The notes beneath the pieces are model-generated. The model worked only from the letters and a program-made list of their open reading frames with translations. It ran no database searches and had not been told where the DNA came from. From Chiloscyllium plagiosum (Eukaryota): DNA of 64,000 nucleotides. The stretch spans positions 19,281,905-19,345,904 of the forward strand of contig NC_057718.1 of the NCBI RefSeq assembly GCF_004010195.1. Direction: 5' to 3'. Positions 39,301 to 52,127 of the stretch are shown one piece after another. The position numbers were made by a program, and so were the translations under genes. Position 1 is the stretch's first letter; each line of letters starts with the position of its first letter.

Positions 39301-40289
39301 TTGGCGTTGTCACAAATGCCACACCTGAAGTTGAAGACAAGATTTAAAACTCTTAATTAAGGCAATTTATGCTGCTTTTATGCTGTTGTTTATTTAGGTC
39401 AGGTGCCAGGAGACCTCTGTTCATGAGCCAGCTCCTAATATTGACATTAGTGCATGTTATTCCCATAGCTCTGGGATTGTGCCGAAGGGATAAGGCAGCT
39501 GGCTTTAGCTGCAGGAGTGCAGGCAATTGTCTCACAGAGAGCCCCCCACTTCCCACCTAATCACAAGCACTGGAAAACGAAGGCCTCATCAGCCCAATGA
39601 AGGCACTGGCATTCTGTCAGTCTTAAGGAAGGTCTGTTCCCCAGCTTTTCTCTACAATTTCAGAAATACCGGACTGGGGAAGCAAGGCTTACTGCTCATT
39701 CTCAAGGATGGAGGGGGAAGTCTGACCTTTCTGCTAATCTTGACAGGAATAATTCTGGATTCAAACGGCCTCAGTTCCATCTCCTAATAATTGCTTTTTT
39801 CTGCTGACTGAATGTCAAAGCGCAAGTCAACAGCCCTGTAATGTCCTTCTCAGCTCTGGGCAGAAGAACTCAATGGCTTTGAAACTCCATTTCAGTGTCA
39901 GTTTAGGGAACATCCAGGTGACCACGAGGAGGACCAGGAAAAAGAGCACTTTGTAGTTCAGGAGTCCATTATCATGAGCATTGCTTTCAGTAAAGCAGAA
40001 GAAAGAGATTTCAGACTCCTTTGTCAAAGTACCTGTTCCAACCTGAACTTTATAACTTCAATTTCCACCTCCCACCGAACGGCAATGACTGTGGCATGCC
40101 CATCCTATGCTTTTTGTTTCACCCATTCGTGTTCTTAGTGGGGACACTCGCATCCCAACTGGTGGTAAGCTCATTCTTAATGAAGAGCTTAGGCTCGAAA
40201 CGTCAACTCTCCAGCTCCTCAGATGCTGCCTGATCGGCTGTGCTTTTCTGGCACCACACTCTTCGACTCTGCCTTCCTGAAACGCTCCA

Positions 40290-40765
40290 GTCCCCAGCTG
40301 TGGGTAGACCTACAATCCTGATAGCTGACAGCTACAAGATTTACACCCAGTGACAGGGAATGAATGGCAACAGAGTTCCAAAACTGGATGATGTGCAGCT
40401 TGGAGGGGAACTTGTAGATGCCAGTATCCTCATGCATCTGCTGCCATTTTCTTCCAGGTAGTGGAGGTTAGCGGTTCACAAGTTGCCGTCAAAAGAGACT
40501 TAGTGAATGATTCCAGTGCATCTTATGGACAGCACACATTGCTGCTACTGAGTGCTGATGATGGAGGGAGTAGATGCTTGTGGATGTGGGACCAATCAAG
40601 TGGGCTGCTTTGTCCTGGATGGTGTCTAGCTTCTGCAATGTTGGAGCTGCACATGTCCAGGCAAGCGGGGAGTATTCCATGCCACTCCTGGCTTGTGCCT
40701 TGTCCATGGTAGACAAACTTTGGGGGGTCAGGTGCTGAGTTACTTGTTGAAATTTCCCAGCCTTC
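40290..40765 (-). mobile_element. CR1-like LINE 3' fragment (family of 46990-48303)
   Basis: KAQARSGMEYSPLAW...LDTIQDKAAHLIG. Confidence 0.75.
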
Positions 40766-42238
40766 TCAAACTTACAATGCCAATATAGCTATTCTTGGAC
40801 TATGCTAGCCTACAGTTAGTTTTGGGATAGGAAACCGAGAGGGTAAAACACACTTGTGTGTCTTAAATGTGTCCCCTTTTGGCATTCCATACAATCAGGG
40901 TCAGTCCTTCTCTATCCGCTCTACTTTTTTACAATTCTGTCTTTTCAAAATATTGTGTAATTTGGAATATTTATCTCTGGCCTTGGTCACATTCTAACCA
41001 GAGATTACAATCTCTGTAATTGTGATTAAATCAAAACTATTTGTCTCTATTTGTGCTGCCAGTTCATTTATTTTATTTACAAATGTGTTGCAAATTCTGA
41101 TAAGAAACCTAAATCTTTGTTGTTTACTACTGATCTTTGCATTCACCTTATGCACTGATGTGCTATTACTACCTTCTGTCCATTCCTGGTTTCATTCTGA
41201 TGCTATTTATCAAAATCATGTCAAGGCTCCATTCAACTTCTCTGCTTAGATTTCTGCATCTCCCTCCACCTGTCATCCACTTTCTTTGAGCTTAAAGCCC
41301 AGTCCAAGGTCCTCAGTATATATTGATCAGAGCACAGATCCCAGCTCAATTTCAGTGAAAGCATCTGAGTGGAACAGCAAACACAATTTGCACTTTAGTT
41401 ACATTTGTAATTACTGACTATCATGACCTAGTTAGTCAATAAATCATGTAATTCAGTGAACTAATTTTCCCACCTTTAGCCACAGGTCACCATTGCGCTT
41501 TGCACCCACAACACCTTCAGATTCATATCCTATTTTAGTCCATCATTATTACCTTCGCAGCACTTTCACTTGAACAAATGTGGATTCATTAATGAATGCG
41601 AGCATGGATTTGGCAATGGTACATTGTGCTGAGCTACCTTGGCAAGAGTTTTTTGATGAGGTCACAGAGTGGTCAGATGAGGGTTGATGTGGGTTGATAT
41701 GGGAGCGTCCGAAAGGTGTTTGATAAAGTGCCACACTCAGAGGGTTGTCAGCAAATGTGAAGCCCGTGGAATAAAATGGAAAGTGGCATCATGGATATGC
41801 AGTCAGCTGTATGGTAGGAAACAGAGCAGGGGCGAACAGTTATTTTACAGACTGAGTGATGGTATTCATTGGGGTTCCTAGGGGTTTGTACTAGGACTTT
41901 GATTTTCTTGATCAACATCAATAATGGATATACAGGGCACAACTTCAAGATTGGAAGATGACACAAAATTTGGAAGTTTCTGTGAAGGCAATCCTGATAG
42001 ACTCCAACAGGACGAAGACAGGCTGGTGGAACGTGAACATCAGGCAAGTGAAATTTAAAGCAGAGGAATGTGAAGTGATACATTTTGGTCTGAAGAATGC
42101 AGAAGGGCAAGATGAAACTGTGGATATAATTCTAGAACAGAAGGACCTAGGCTCTATCTGCACAAACTGTGGAAGGCAGTAAGAGAGGTCAAAAAGATGG
42201 TTTGAAATGCATATGGGATCTGAGCTTTGTAAAGAGTA

Positions 42239-42984
42239 CAGGGGAACGTTGAATATCTGAACAAGATGGGCGGGCACTATTTTGTTCAGATAATTGATTA
42301 TTCGATTAATCAATTCAATGCCTTTCCTCTGGGGCTGCGAGTTTTCTATTAAGTCTGCTCCCTGTTCAGACGAGGCAGTAGCGCACCACGCACAAGCCTC
42401 TGCCCGTCCCCCAACCCCGTCCAAAACCACTCCCCGCCCGCCACCCAACACCTTCCATCACTGCCCCCCGCCCACTCCAAATCCCGTCCGCCCCCACCCC
42501 ACTCTCCCCCACCCCTCGCGCGCACTCCGTTCGCCCACACCCTCACCCCCACAAACCCCAGCCGGACTGGACACCACAACAAGACTGCTGCTGCTACTGC
42601 CTTTTTGGGGTGTGAGTCTCCAAACAGCACACACGCACACACACACATCTTTTTACTGCAACTTTTTGACAGGTTCCACCTCTGCCCTGTATAAGACAAT
42701 GCTGGAAAGATTATCTGGGGAAGTGGGGTTTGGGTACACCTTTGTGTAGAACTCCAGGGAAGTGTGGGGAGAGAGAGGAGGTGGGAGGTGTGTCATTTAG
42801 AGATGGTACTGCGCTCCCATCAGTCCAGGACTGTTCTCGGCAGCACTTTTAATCACTGTAAACAAAAGACACGATCAGTGTTGGCCAAATGTCTTTGATG
42901 TAATGTTTCTGTTGAGACCTCGAGATCTCCTTTGGATAATCCGATTTTCGGATAATTTGTATTCGGATAATCGAGGTTCCTCTG
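42239..42984. mobile_element. Non-autonomous Tigger/pogo-like DNA transposon (746 bp)
   Basis: TA-caggggaacgttgaatatctgaac ... ttcggataatcgaggttcctctg-TA; termini shared with the 152-bp and 161-bp MITEs; C-rich interior without a transposase. Confidence 0.8.
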
Positions 42985-43341
42985 TATAGAGTATGAAAGC
43001 ATGCAGGTTATGATGAACTTCTGCAAAATTCTAGTTAAGTCTCAAATGGACTATTGTATCCAACTTTGGCCACCACACTTAAGGAAAGAGGTAAAGAGTT
43101 GTAGAAAGAGTATAGGAAGGATTTACAGGAACGATTCGAGGGTTGAGGGAATTCAATTACAATGACAGATTGGAGAAGTAGGGAGTTGGTCTCCATCCAA
43201 GAAGAGAAGCTTATGAGAATGGGTCTAGACAGCAAAGACAGGGAGAAACTGTTCCCATTGGGCCAAAATCTCAACAGCCGGGCAGTACCAAATTAAGGTA
43301 AATGGCAGAAAACCAACAGTGATATGCTGAAAAATCAGTTT

Positions 43342-43482
43342 GAGCTGAAAATGTGTTGCTGGAAAAGCGCAGCAGGTCAGGCAGCATCCAAGGAACAGGA
43401 GAATCGACGTTTCGGGCATAAGCCCTTCTTCCTGAACACATTTCAGCTCTGATCTCCAGCATCTGCAGCCCTCACTTTCTCC
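43342..43482 (-). mobile_element. Short Penelope-like insert
   Basis: 15-bp TSD ctgaaaaatcagttt at 43327-43341 and 43483-43497; minus strand has gggcttatgcccgaaacgtcgattc. Confidence 0.8.
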
Positions 43483-43757
43483 CTGAAAAATCAGTTTTAC
43501 AAGGTGAATAGTTAGAACCTGGAATGCACTGCCTGTGAGTGAGCCGATAGTGTATGTGTATCGTGCCTTTGAGAAAGTTTGCTGTTAAGGATGCCATGTG
43601 ATATGTGTACACAACTTTGTGACTCTGCGTGACGTGGTCAACCATGTTGGAAAACATGGTGCTGATGCAGCCTCCCCCTCCTGAACAATCAGTGCGCTGG
43701 TTCATTTCCAGGAGATGCACATGATTGACAGGCTTAAGTTGTGCTGACATTTATATA

Positions 43758-43918
43758 CAGAGGAACCTCAATTATCCGATCAACATGGGTGGGGAGTATT
43801 GTGTTCGAATAATCAAATGTTTGGATAATCGAATGCTGGATAACACAGTTTAGCCAAGCATAGGGACCTTGCGATCTTGTTTGGATAATCCAAAATTCGG
43901 ATAATCAAGGTTCCTCCG
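43758..43918. mobile_element. Tigger/pogo-like MITE, same family as 18219-18370
   Basis: TA-cagaggaacctcaattatcc ... ggataatcaaggttcctccg-TA. Confidence 0.87.
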
Positions 43919-43920
43919 TA

Positions 43921-44228
43921 TAGAATCATAGAGATGTACAGCACAGAAACAGACCCTTTGGTCCAACTCATCCATGCCAACCAGATATCCTATATAAATC
44001 TAGTCCCATTTGCCAGCATTTAGCCCATATCCTTCTAAACCCTTCCTATTCATATACCTATCCAGATGCCTTTTGAACACAGTTAATTGTACCAGCCTCC
44101 ACCACTTCCTCTGCAGCTCACTCCATACACGCACCACCCTTTGTGTTAAAAAGTTGCCCCTTCAGTCCCTTTTACATCTTTCCCCTCTCACCTTAAACCT
44201 ATGCCCTCTAGTTTTGGACTCTCCCCCT
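43921..44228 (-). mobile_element. CR1 LINE 3' end
   Basis: Matches the 3' ends at 56300 and 60677. Confidence 0.85.
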
Positions 44229-46989
44229 CAACATCTTTGTTACAGTGATAGAGTATATTGAAAACACAGTTTGGTGGTAAGCAAACAAATCTTTAATGAG
44301 GAGTCAGTTTCACTCACTCAAGAAAGGTAAGTGATCGGAGCATGTGTCACATTGATAACAATTAAGGCAATATGAAAGGCATATTGTCAGGATGCCCACA
44401 CCATTCCTTTGTTTACATTCAGACATAGCAGGTCTTGTAACAGATTTTAAAAATGCTGTTTAAACAGCTTCCAGAGTTTTGGTGCCTGCACTCAGGTGTG
44501 TCCAGTACAGAAAAGCAAGTCAGTAAGATTTGCGTAGAAATTGGGAACAGGGGTATATACACACTTAACATGTCAGGATTACCAGCTAAAAACCTACAAG
44601 ATCCCCAAAGGACACTGACTACACTGGAAAGACTTTTAAATCCAGAGTCTGATTAAAATGTTAGATTGGTGTGACTAGAATTCCTGCCACTTAGACATAA
44701 CCCGTAAACCACTTCCTATGCAGATGCAGAGAAAAAGACTCAGTTTGTGATATTTCAAATGGAAAGCTAGTAAACACAATGATCACATTCACCCCAAAGG
44801 TCGTTGGCTCGACAAACCAAACACGTATCACATCAAAGAGCTGCAGAAAAATGGGCATAAGCACAAAGCCATCCTTGCAGGTTGACAAAGCTGACAGGTC
44901 CTAAGACAAACTCAATAGTTGAAATAATCACTAGAACACTCAAACATACAATGAAACGTGGAAGGCTTGATCTTCTGCATGCACCGAGGAAATGCCCAGT
45001 AGTCAATCTATTTTGCAAGAAAAGCCAAGTGGCAGAGACAGTGCACAACAGTAAAGGTTGATGCAGCTATGAAAAGCCATGCACATACTCAATCAAACCA
45101 AGCACTAGGAGTACCTTCAAACTACAATAAAGACCATCGGCTGATCCACCAGAAACATACATATGAAGCGATCAACAAACCAGAACCTGACGATATACAA
45201 TGAGACAATGAATTGTGAACACTGTCAATCTCATAGACAACTTTAAAGTCATCGCACCAGCTCGAGTTTCAGTAAAAATCCTCAGAAAACAGACAACTAT
45301 TCGCTACTGGCTAGGACTGACATAGACGTAAGTGCCAATATACTACCCCTGTGCATGCTATAAAATATGTAGCGCAGACATATGATGAAGCCTGTGAATG
45401 TAAAACTCTGCTGGAGTGCAAGTACAATCTGCCTGCCTGGACATCACCGATGTTTGATGCTAGACACTGCTGCCCAATTAGGTGTGCCAACACGTTGTGA
45501 CCTTACACTGGATCCAATCCATTGAACCTATCAAATATCTACAAGTCAACAGAAACTGCAGCAGGCTATTGAAGAAACACTTGCAGAGCTTAAAAATCAA
45601 AAAAGTTAGAAAGGCCTCACTCTCTACCGGGTCAGAGCAGCTGAACCCTCAGCTCTCTGCTGTGACAGCAGGAGGAAAAAGCTGAACCACAGGCTCAGAG
45701 TAAATCCAAACTTGAGAATACCATCTCTAAGATGAAGAAATCTTCAGGGCATACCATTGTGTATCTCCCAAGGAGGAACGAAGATCTGGAAGAGCTAGAA
45801 AGGCAGCAGGGTGAACAGCCCTGGATCACCAATCCTATGTGATACCTTTTAAACAATCAGGATATTGCTGACAGGGTCAGTATTTATTACCCATCCTAAC
45901 AGGATGGAGTGGCTCACTCAGCTATTTCAGAGGGCAGTTAAGAGTCAACTACATTGCTGTGCCTCTGGAGTCATGGGTAGGCCAGACAGGGCAGAAATGG
46001 CAGATCTCTTCCCTGACATTAATGAACCAAATGGGAATATATAACAATTGACTAACTTTTAATTCCAGACTTTTAGTCCATTCAAATTTCACTATTTGCC
46101 ATGATGGGATTTGAACCCACTTCCTCAGAATATTAGACATGAACTATGGATGACTAGTCCAGTGACACTATCACTGCACCACCACCTCCCTCCTGGGATT
46201 GCTGATTTACAGGAAGACCTACAGTAACTCACATTTAAATGAGATCAGGCTCAGCAGGAGCAAACACAGAAGCATCAGCTTGAACTCAAAGCAATGCTGG
46301 CGAAGATACGGAGGCTGCAAAACTACAGATGGAGCTGCACAGTGCACATAATAAGGAAGTACAAATCACTCAGGAGCCAATCCTTTCAAAAATATCTAAC
46401 AACAACAATGCTCAAGTGGATACCTCAATAGCAGAAAATCAAACCACCAGTGAAGTAGCAAGTGTAAGAGACCCAGGCTTCAAAGGAAACAAAATGAAGA
46501 GAAGGAAAGAAGCTGCAGAGTTATAAGAACAGGTTATAAAGACGAAGGAAAATTCACTAACAGAAGCCTAATACTTGGACCGAATTCAGAGTATCTGGCA
46601 GTAAAACCGGAAATTTCAAAGTGAGCTAGAAGCTGTTAGAGAACAAAACAGTAAATATCATTAAGACTTGAACCACTCAAAACAGAACCAGATCAGTCAG
46701 TGGGTGATCGGAACCAGACCAACAATGCGTCAGGAAAAGCAACTCCAATTCATGGAAGAAAATTTAGCAACACAAACAACAAGAGCACTCAATGTTACTT
46801 ATGCCTTTGAGTCACCAAACGTACCATTATGAGATCTGCATATATCAGCAAATTACTACTCCATCATAAATACTCACTGGCTTACCTATAACTGTAAATA
46901 GATAAACTTTCTTTCAGAAAGCAGGGGTATGTATCCCACACCTTTAAGCAAGGACATCTATGTGCTCTGTGTGCACATTTGACTGAGTA

Positions 46990-48303
46990 TGGCATCTAGG
47001 TGCCCTAGTAAAACTAGAGCCAATAGGAATCAAGCGAAGATCCCTCCATGGGTGGAGTCATATCTGGCACATAGGAAGATGGTTGCTGGAGGTCAGTCAT
47101 CTCAGCTCCAGGACATCTTTGCAGCAGTTCCTCCGAGTAGTGTCCTAGGTCCAAACATCTTCAGCTGCTTCATCAATGACCTTCCCTTGTTCATTAGGTC
47201 AGAAGTGAGAATGTTTGCTGACAATTGCACAATGTTCATCACCATTCACAACTCCTCAGATACTGATGCAGTCCACATTCAAATGCAGAAAGACCTGGAC
47301 AACATCCAGCCTTGGGCTGAAAAGTGGCAAGTAACATTTGTGCCACACAAAGGCAGGCAATCAGCACCTCCAATAAGAGACAAACTAATCTTCAATGGCA
47401 TTGTCGTCACTGAATCTTCTACTGTCAGCATCCTCAGAGTTACCATTGACCAGAAACTCATTGGACTCACCACATAAACAAAGTGGCTCCGAGAGCAGGT
47501 CAGAGGTTAGGAATACTGTCGCGAGTAACTCACCTCTTGATTCCCCAAAGCCTGCTCACCATCTATAAGGCACAAGTCAGGAGTGTTATTGAATATTCCC
47601 CACGTGCCTGGATGAGTGCAGCCCCAACAACACTCAAAAAGTTCAACGCCATCTAGGATTAAACAACACACTTGATTGGCATCACATACACAGATATCCA
47701 CTCTCTACCACTGACACACTTTATCAGCAGCGTGTACCATCTATAAGGTGGGTGGCACAGTCGCACAGTGGTTAGCACTGCTGCCTCACAGTGCCTGAGA
47801 CCCGGGTTCAATTCCCGCCTCAGGCAACTGACTGTGTGGAGATTGCACATTCTCCCTGTGTCTGCGTGGGTTTCCTCCGAGTGCTCCGGTTTCCTCCCAC
47901 AGTCCAAAAATGTGCAGGTCAGGTGAATTGGCCATGCTAAATTGCCCGTCGTGTTCGGTAAGGGGTAAATGTAGGGGTATGGGTGGGTTGCGCTTCGGCG
48001 GGTCGGTGTGGACATGTTGGGCTGAAGGGCCTGTTTCCACACTGTAATGTAATCTAAAAAAAAAGATGCAGTAGACACATGGGAACACCACCACTTGCAA
48101 GTTCCCCTCCAAGAAACTCACCAAACTGACATGGAAATAATTTGCCATTCCAAAGTCCTGGAAATCCCTCCTTAACAGTATTGTGGGTCTAATGACAGCA
48201 CATGGATCTAAAGGCAGCTCACCATCATCTTCTCAAGGACAACTAGAGACAGGTAATAAATGTTGGCTCTGCCAGCGACACCCACATCTCATGAATGAAT
48301 AAA
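46990..48303 (+). mobile_element. CR1-like LINE 3' portion with a nested V-SINE
   Basis: VPPSSVLGPNIFSCFINDLP...MFADNCT (degenerate RT FADD motif), WAEKWQVTF; tail ...cacccacatctcatgaatgaataaa. Confidence 0.88.
47750..48056 (+). mobile_element. V-SINE (HE1-like)
   Basis: Near-identical to 32353-32664. Confidence 0.9.
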
Positions 48304-50045
48304 CAAGAATGATACAATTTTGTCTTGCAACCATCCTGCCGTGTGTATGCATGCTGCATACATAGTTGGACTGTTGTAATATCTACTTCATAACTTGCAA
48401 TATGTGTTGTACTGTTTCAAATAACTATATCATAGAATTAATCAATCCCTGACAAGGAACTTAATTTAAATCATGCTATGCCTGATTCAAAGTCGCTTTT
48501 GTGTAAAAATACTGCTGTTCACGTGACATCCCAAAGAGAACAGATTAAATTTTTAAAAGTGCCTATTTTAATGTGCAGCCAGCGATGGACTTCTAAGGTA
48601 AAACTCAAGACATAGAATCAAACCGAAAGAAGAGATCCTTCAGGCCAACACACCTGCACTGACTAAACTACTCTCAATCTACACCGGTCTCATTGCCCAT
48701 AGCCTTGAATATTATGACATTTCAATGCTCATCCAAGTACTTGTTGAAAGTTGTAAAGTTTCCTGCCTGAACTACCCTCCCAGGCAGAGCATCCCAGATC
48801 CTCATCACCATCAGTTTTCCTCAAATCTTCTCCAAACCTCTTTCCCTCCATCTTAAAATGATTCTAGACCTTTCAACAAAGGGAAACAGTTGCTTCCCAT
48901 CTAACCTCAGAACTTTATGCATCTCAATCGGGTCTGGTCTCACAGTCTTCTCTCTTCCAAACCACTTAACACAGTGAGTGAACTTTAATTAATTATCATT
49001 CAACTCCATTCTGATTTCTGAGCAATAATGCAGTGAGTTGAAATTCAAATGAGGATACCAAACGTGAAATCATCAGTCCACAATTCTCGCAGCAACACTG
49101 CAACACTGTGATTATTCAAACAAAAAAAAACCCTCGTACAAAGTGGGGGAGAAACAGTGACCAAAGTACTGACTGAGAGCTACTTCCCACAGAATTGGAC
49201 CAGAGCAGTGGTGAGCCTTTGCTCTGCTATGTCGGTACATTGGAATGAGAGACCACACTCACACATTTGTGAAATGGTGCTGATCACTAAGACGTTTACC
49301 CTACTCTGTACAACACTGCTGGGTAAACCTGGCTTTGAATCAACTGCAATGAATCTGGAATCTGATTGGCCACGGGTAGTGAATGTACAAGTGCCCTGAG
49401 AACATTCACACCCTCCTCCCACTCTCTGAATGGCTGATAATATTCAGTTACACGTTTTACTTGAGGTGTGGGTCATACATTTCTGTGATCGCAATTCCTT
49501 TGACAGTTCAAAGTCTGAGGAACCTACAAAGTTAGAGTAGTGGTGTCCTAAAACCAATCCAGCAGTGGAAAATTAGAGTCAGGAGGTTAGTTCAGGTTGG
49601 TCAACCATTTCCTCAGAATGATGACTGGATAGCGATTTGGATCCATTGCAGTCATAAGACATAAAAGAGTTCAGAGAAACAAATCAAACAAGACTTTCCT
49701 CAGTCCCAATAATCATGAGACAAGTAAAGCAATGGATTTTGGCATTACAGCAAAGGGGTGAGAAGCAAATCCTTTACGGGCTGAATTGGCACGAAATATA
49801 GTGCGACCAGACAGACCTAAAGAGAAGCTTATTGCACTGGTAGTATCACATTTAAGAAATGTCTCATTTGCTGCCTACCATTAAAACAAGGATTATTCAA
49901 CACAAAATCTCTTGTGCCATATCTGTCATCTGGAGTCTTATTCCACATTACTATAAAAACAGAAAGGCTAAACACTGATGACTTTCTGCCAGAGAAAGAC
50001 TGAGAAGCAGCTTCCAAAGGTAGTCTCATATTCCTTCAATCCCCT

Positions 50046-50830
50046 GTTACAGACCAGACCAAACCCCCTCAAATTATATTAAGAAGAAAGCCTAGACTAA
50101 CATTTTTCTTATTTTAGAGGCAAGTGCTAGGTGCTGTGTTCCGGATGCAATTCAGTGGGTCCATCTACCATTCTTGAAGCAAAACACACTTTATTCATAC
50201 ACTTTAATTAAAATACAACAAAAGAAAGAATATATTGGAATAACTTCAATTCAATTGGAACACTTAACAGAAGAATAGATTATTTGGAGATGCTGGTGTT
50301 GGACTGGGGTGTACAAAGTTAAAAATCACCTGATGAAGGAGCGGCGCTCCAAAAGCTAGTGCTTCCAATTAAATAGACTATTTAACTACTAAACAGTAAC
50401 TGTTCCAATATACTAACATCCCATAAGCACACCTTCGGCAAAGGCAAAATCAGTAAAATAGATTGTTTCACATTAGTTAGGGGAATGGGTCTGGGTTGGT
50501 TACTCTTCAGAGGGTTGGTGTGGACCTGTTTGGGATTCTATTATAATTCTATGAAATACTCACAACTTTTAGCTATAACAGAGACAGGAAAAGCAGCTTT
50601 AAGATCCCAGCAGCAACTGCTATTGAAAAACTAAAAGTAAAAGTTCTGTGGATGCTTGACCACACCCCTTCAGGCTGCTTCTATTGTTCCAACGTTAGAG
50701 AAAAAAAAACCCAAGGCCTCACAAGCTGTTTACTTTATGGGCTTTGTAGCAGACTGCTTGTCACCTCTGTCTCAACCTTTCTTCTTTCAAAAAAGGACCA
50801 AACACACCTCTTAAAGCTACACTTGCTTTT
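50046..50830 (-). mobile_element. Possible solo LTR with nested small inserts
   Basis: Minus strand ends ...ggtctggtctgtaaca, with aataaa upstream (cactttatt on + near 50190); other boundary uncertain. Confidence 0.35.
50286..50371 (+). mobile_element. Short Penelope-like insert with a mutated hammerhead (GAAA->AAAA)
   Basis: cacctgatgaaggagcggcgctccaaaagctagtg; TSD aataga(t/c)tattt at 50274-50285 and 50372-50383. Confidence 0.78.
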
Positions 50831-50959
50831 CAAAAACCTCTCACCACAGGCCAGCATTGTTATAGCTCACCAACACATACCTCTGCAGCTTCTAGAGAAC
50901 AGCCAGGCCAACAAACCATGGAGCATCTCAGAGAGTCAACGGCATTTTCATAAGGTGAC

Positions 50960-51180
50960 TGTGAGGACTGCAGATGCTAGAGATCAGAGTTGAGAGTTTG
51001 TTGCTGGAAAAGCACAGCAGGTCAGGCAGCAGCTGCGGAGCAGGAAAATCGACGTTTCGGGCCAGAGCCCTTCATCAGGAAACCCGATTCTGAAATCCGA
51101 AAGGAAGCACGTAAAGTCGATTTTCCTGTTCCTCGGATGCTGTCTGACATGCTGTGCATTTTCAGCAACACACTCTCAAC
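50960..51180. mobile_element. Fold-back Penelope-like insert with a hammerhead core on the minus (pre-mRNA) strand at about 51047-51080
   Basis: Minus strand: UC-CUGAUGA-A-GGGC-ucug-GCCC-GAA-ACGU-C-GA; inverted arms. Confidence 0.75.
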
Positions 51181-51384
51181 ACAAGATCCACTGACATTGC
51201 TCCATTTAAACCTATTAAAGATAGAGTCAGCCGGTTCATGTGACCTCTCCTCATTCAACCTATGTTGAATGTTGTTTCATTCATCTCAGTGGTACATTTT
51301 GTCTCTACCTACATCCAACAGCATGTCCTAGGGCACCTCATGTTTGTTCTCACGCCATCTGCCAACATTGCAATCATGCCCCAC

Positions 51385-52127
51385 ATAGAGTCATAGAGAG
51401 TCACACAGACCCTTTGGTCCAACCAATCCATGCTGACCAAGTTCCCAAATTAAACGAGTCCCACGTACCTGCACTTGGCCCATAGTCCTCCAAACCTTTC
51501 CTGCTCATGTACTTATTCAAATAGAACATAGAACAGTACAGGCCCTTCCACCCTTGATGTTGTGAGACCTTTTATCCTACACTAAAATCAAACTAAATAC
51601 ATCCCTTCAATTTACTATCATCCATGTCTTTTAAATGTTGTAACTGTACCTGTACCTACCACTTCTTCTGGCAGTTCACGACTCACTCTGTGTAAAAGAA
51701 GTTGCCCTTTCTAAAACCTTCTCCTCTCATTTTAAAAATATGCCCCCTAGTTTTGAACTCCCCACTCTGGAGAAAAGACCTTTGTTATTCAGCTTATCAA
51801 TGGCCCTCATGATTTTATAAACCTCTATAAGGTCAAATCCTCAACCACCAAGCCAAAACGTCTAAGCCTATCCAGCCTATTCTCATAACCCTCCAGTCCT
51901 GGCAACATCCTGGTAAATCTTTTCTGAACCCTCTCCAATTTAATAATATCCTTCCGACAGCAGGGCGACCAGAACTGGACACAATGCTCCAGAAGGGGCC
52001 TCGCCAACTTCCTGTACAACCTCAACATGACATCCCAACTCCAACCTCAATGGTTTGAGCAATGAAGGCAAGAGTGCTAAACGCCTTCTTTCACCATCCT
52101 ATCTACTTATGACGCAAATTTCAAAGG
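51385..52127 (-). mobile_element. CR1 LINE 3' fragment
   Basis: LYRKLARPLLEHCVQFWSP...LERVQKRFTRMLPGL. Confidence 0.88.

Larger units (their letters stand above)
41560..43545 (+). mobile_element. Decayed CR1 LINE interrupted by a DNA transposon and a Penelope-like insert
   Basis: Remnants QHGF, FDKVPH, KFKAEECEVIHFGLKN, CIQLWPP; pieces are collinear across the insertions. Confidence 0.75.

Noticed and set aside
42294..42749. Pro-rich and Gly-rich ORFs on both strands
   Set aside because: Low-complexity interior of the non-autonomous DNA transposon
49180..49422. Cys-containing minus-strand ORF with a gtgagt donor-like site near 49260
   Set aside because: Cys spacing fits neither EGF nor TB, and I found no convincing acceptor
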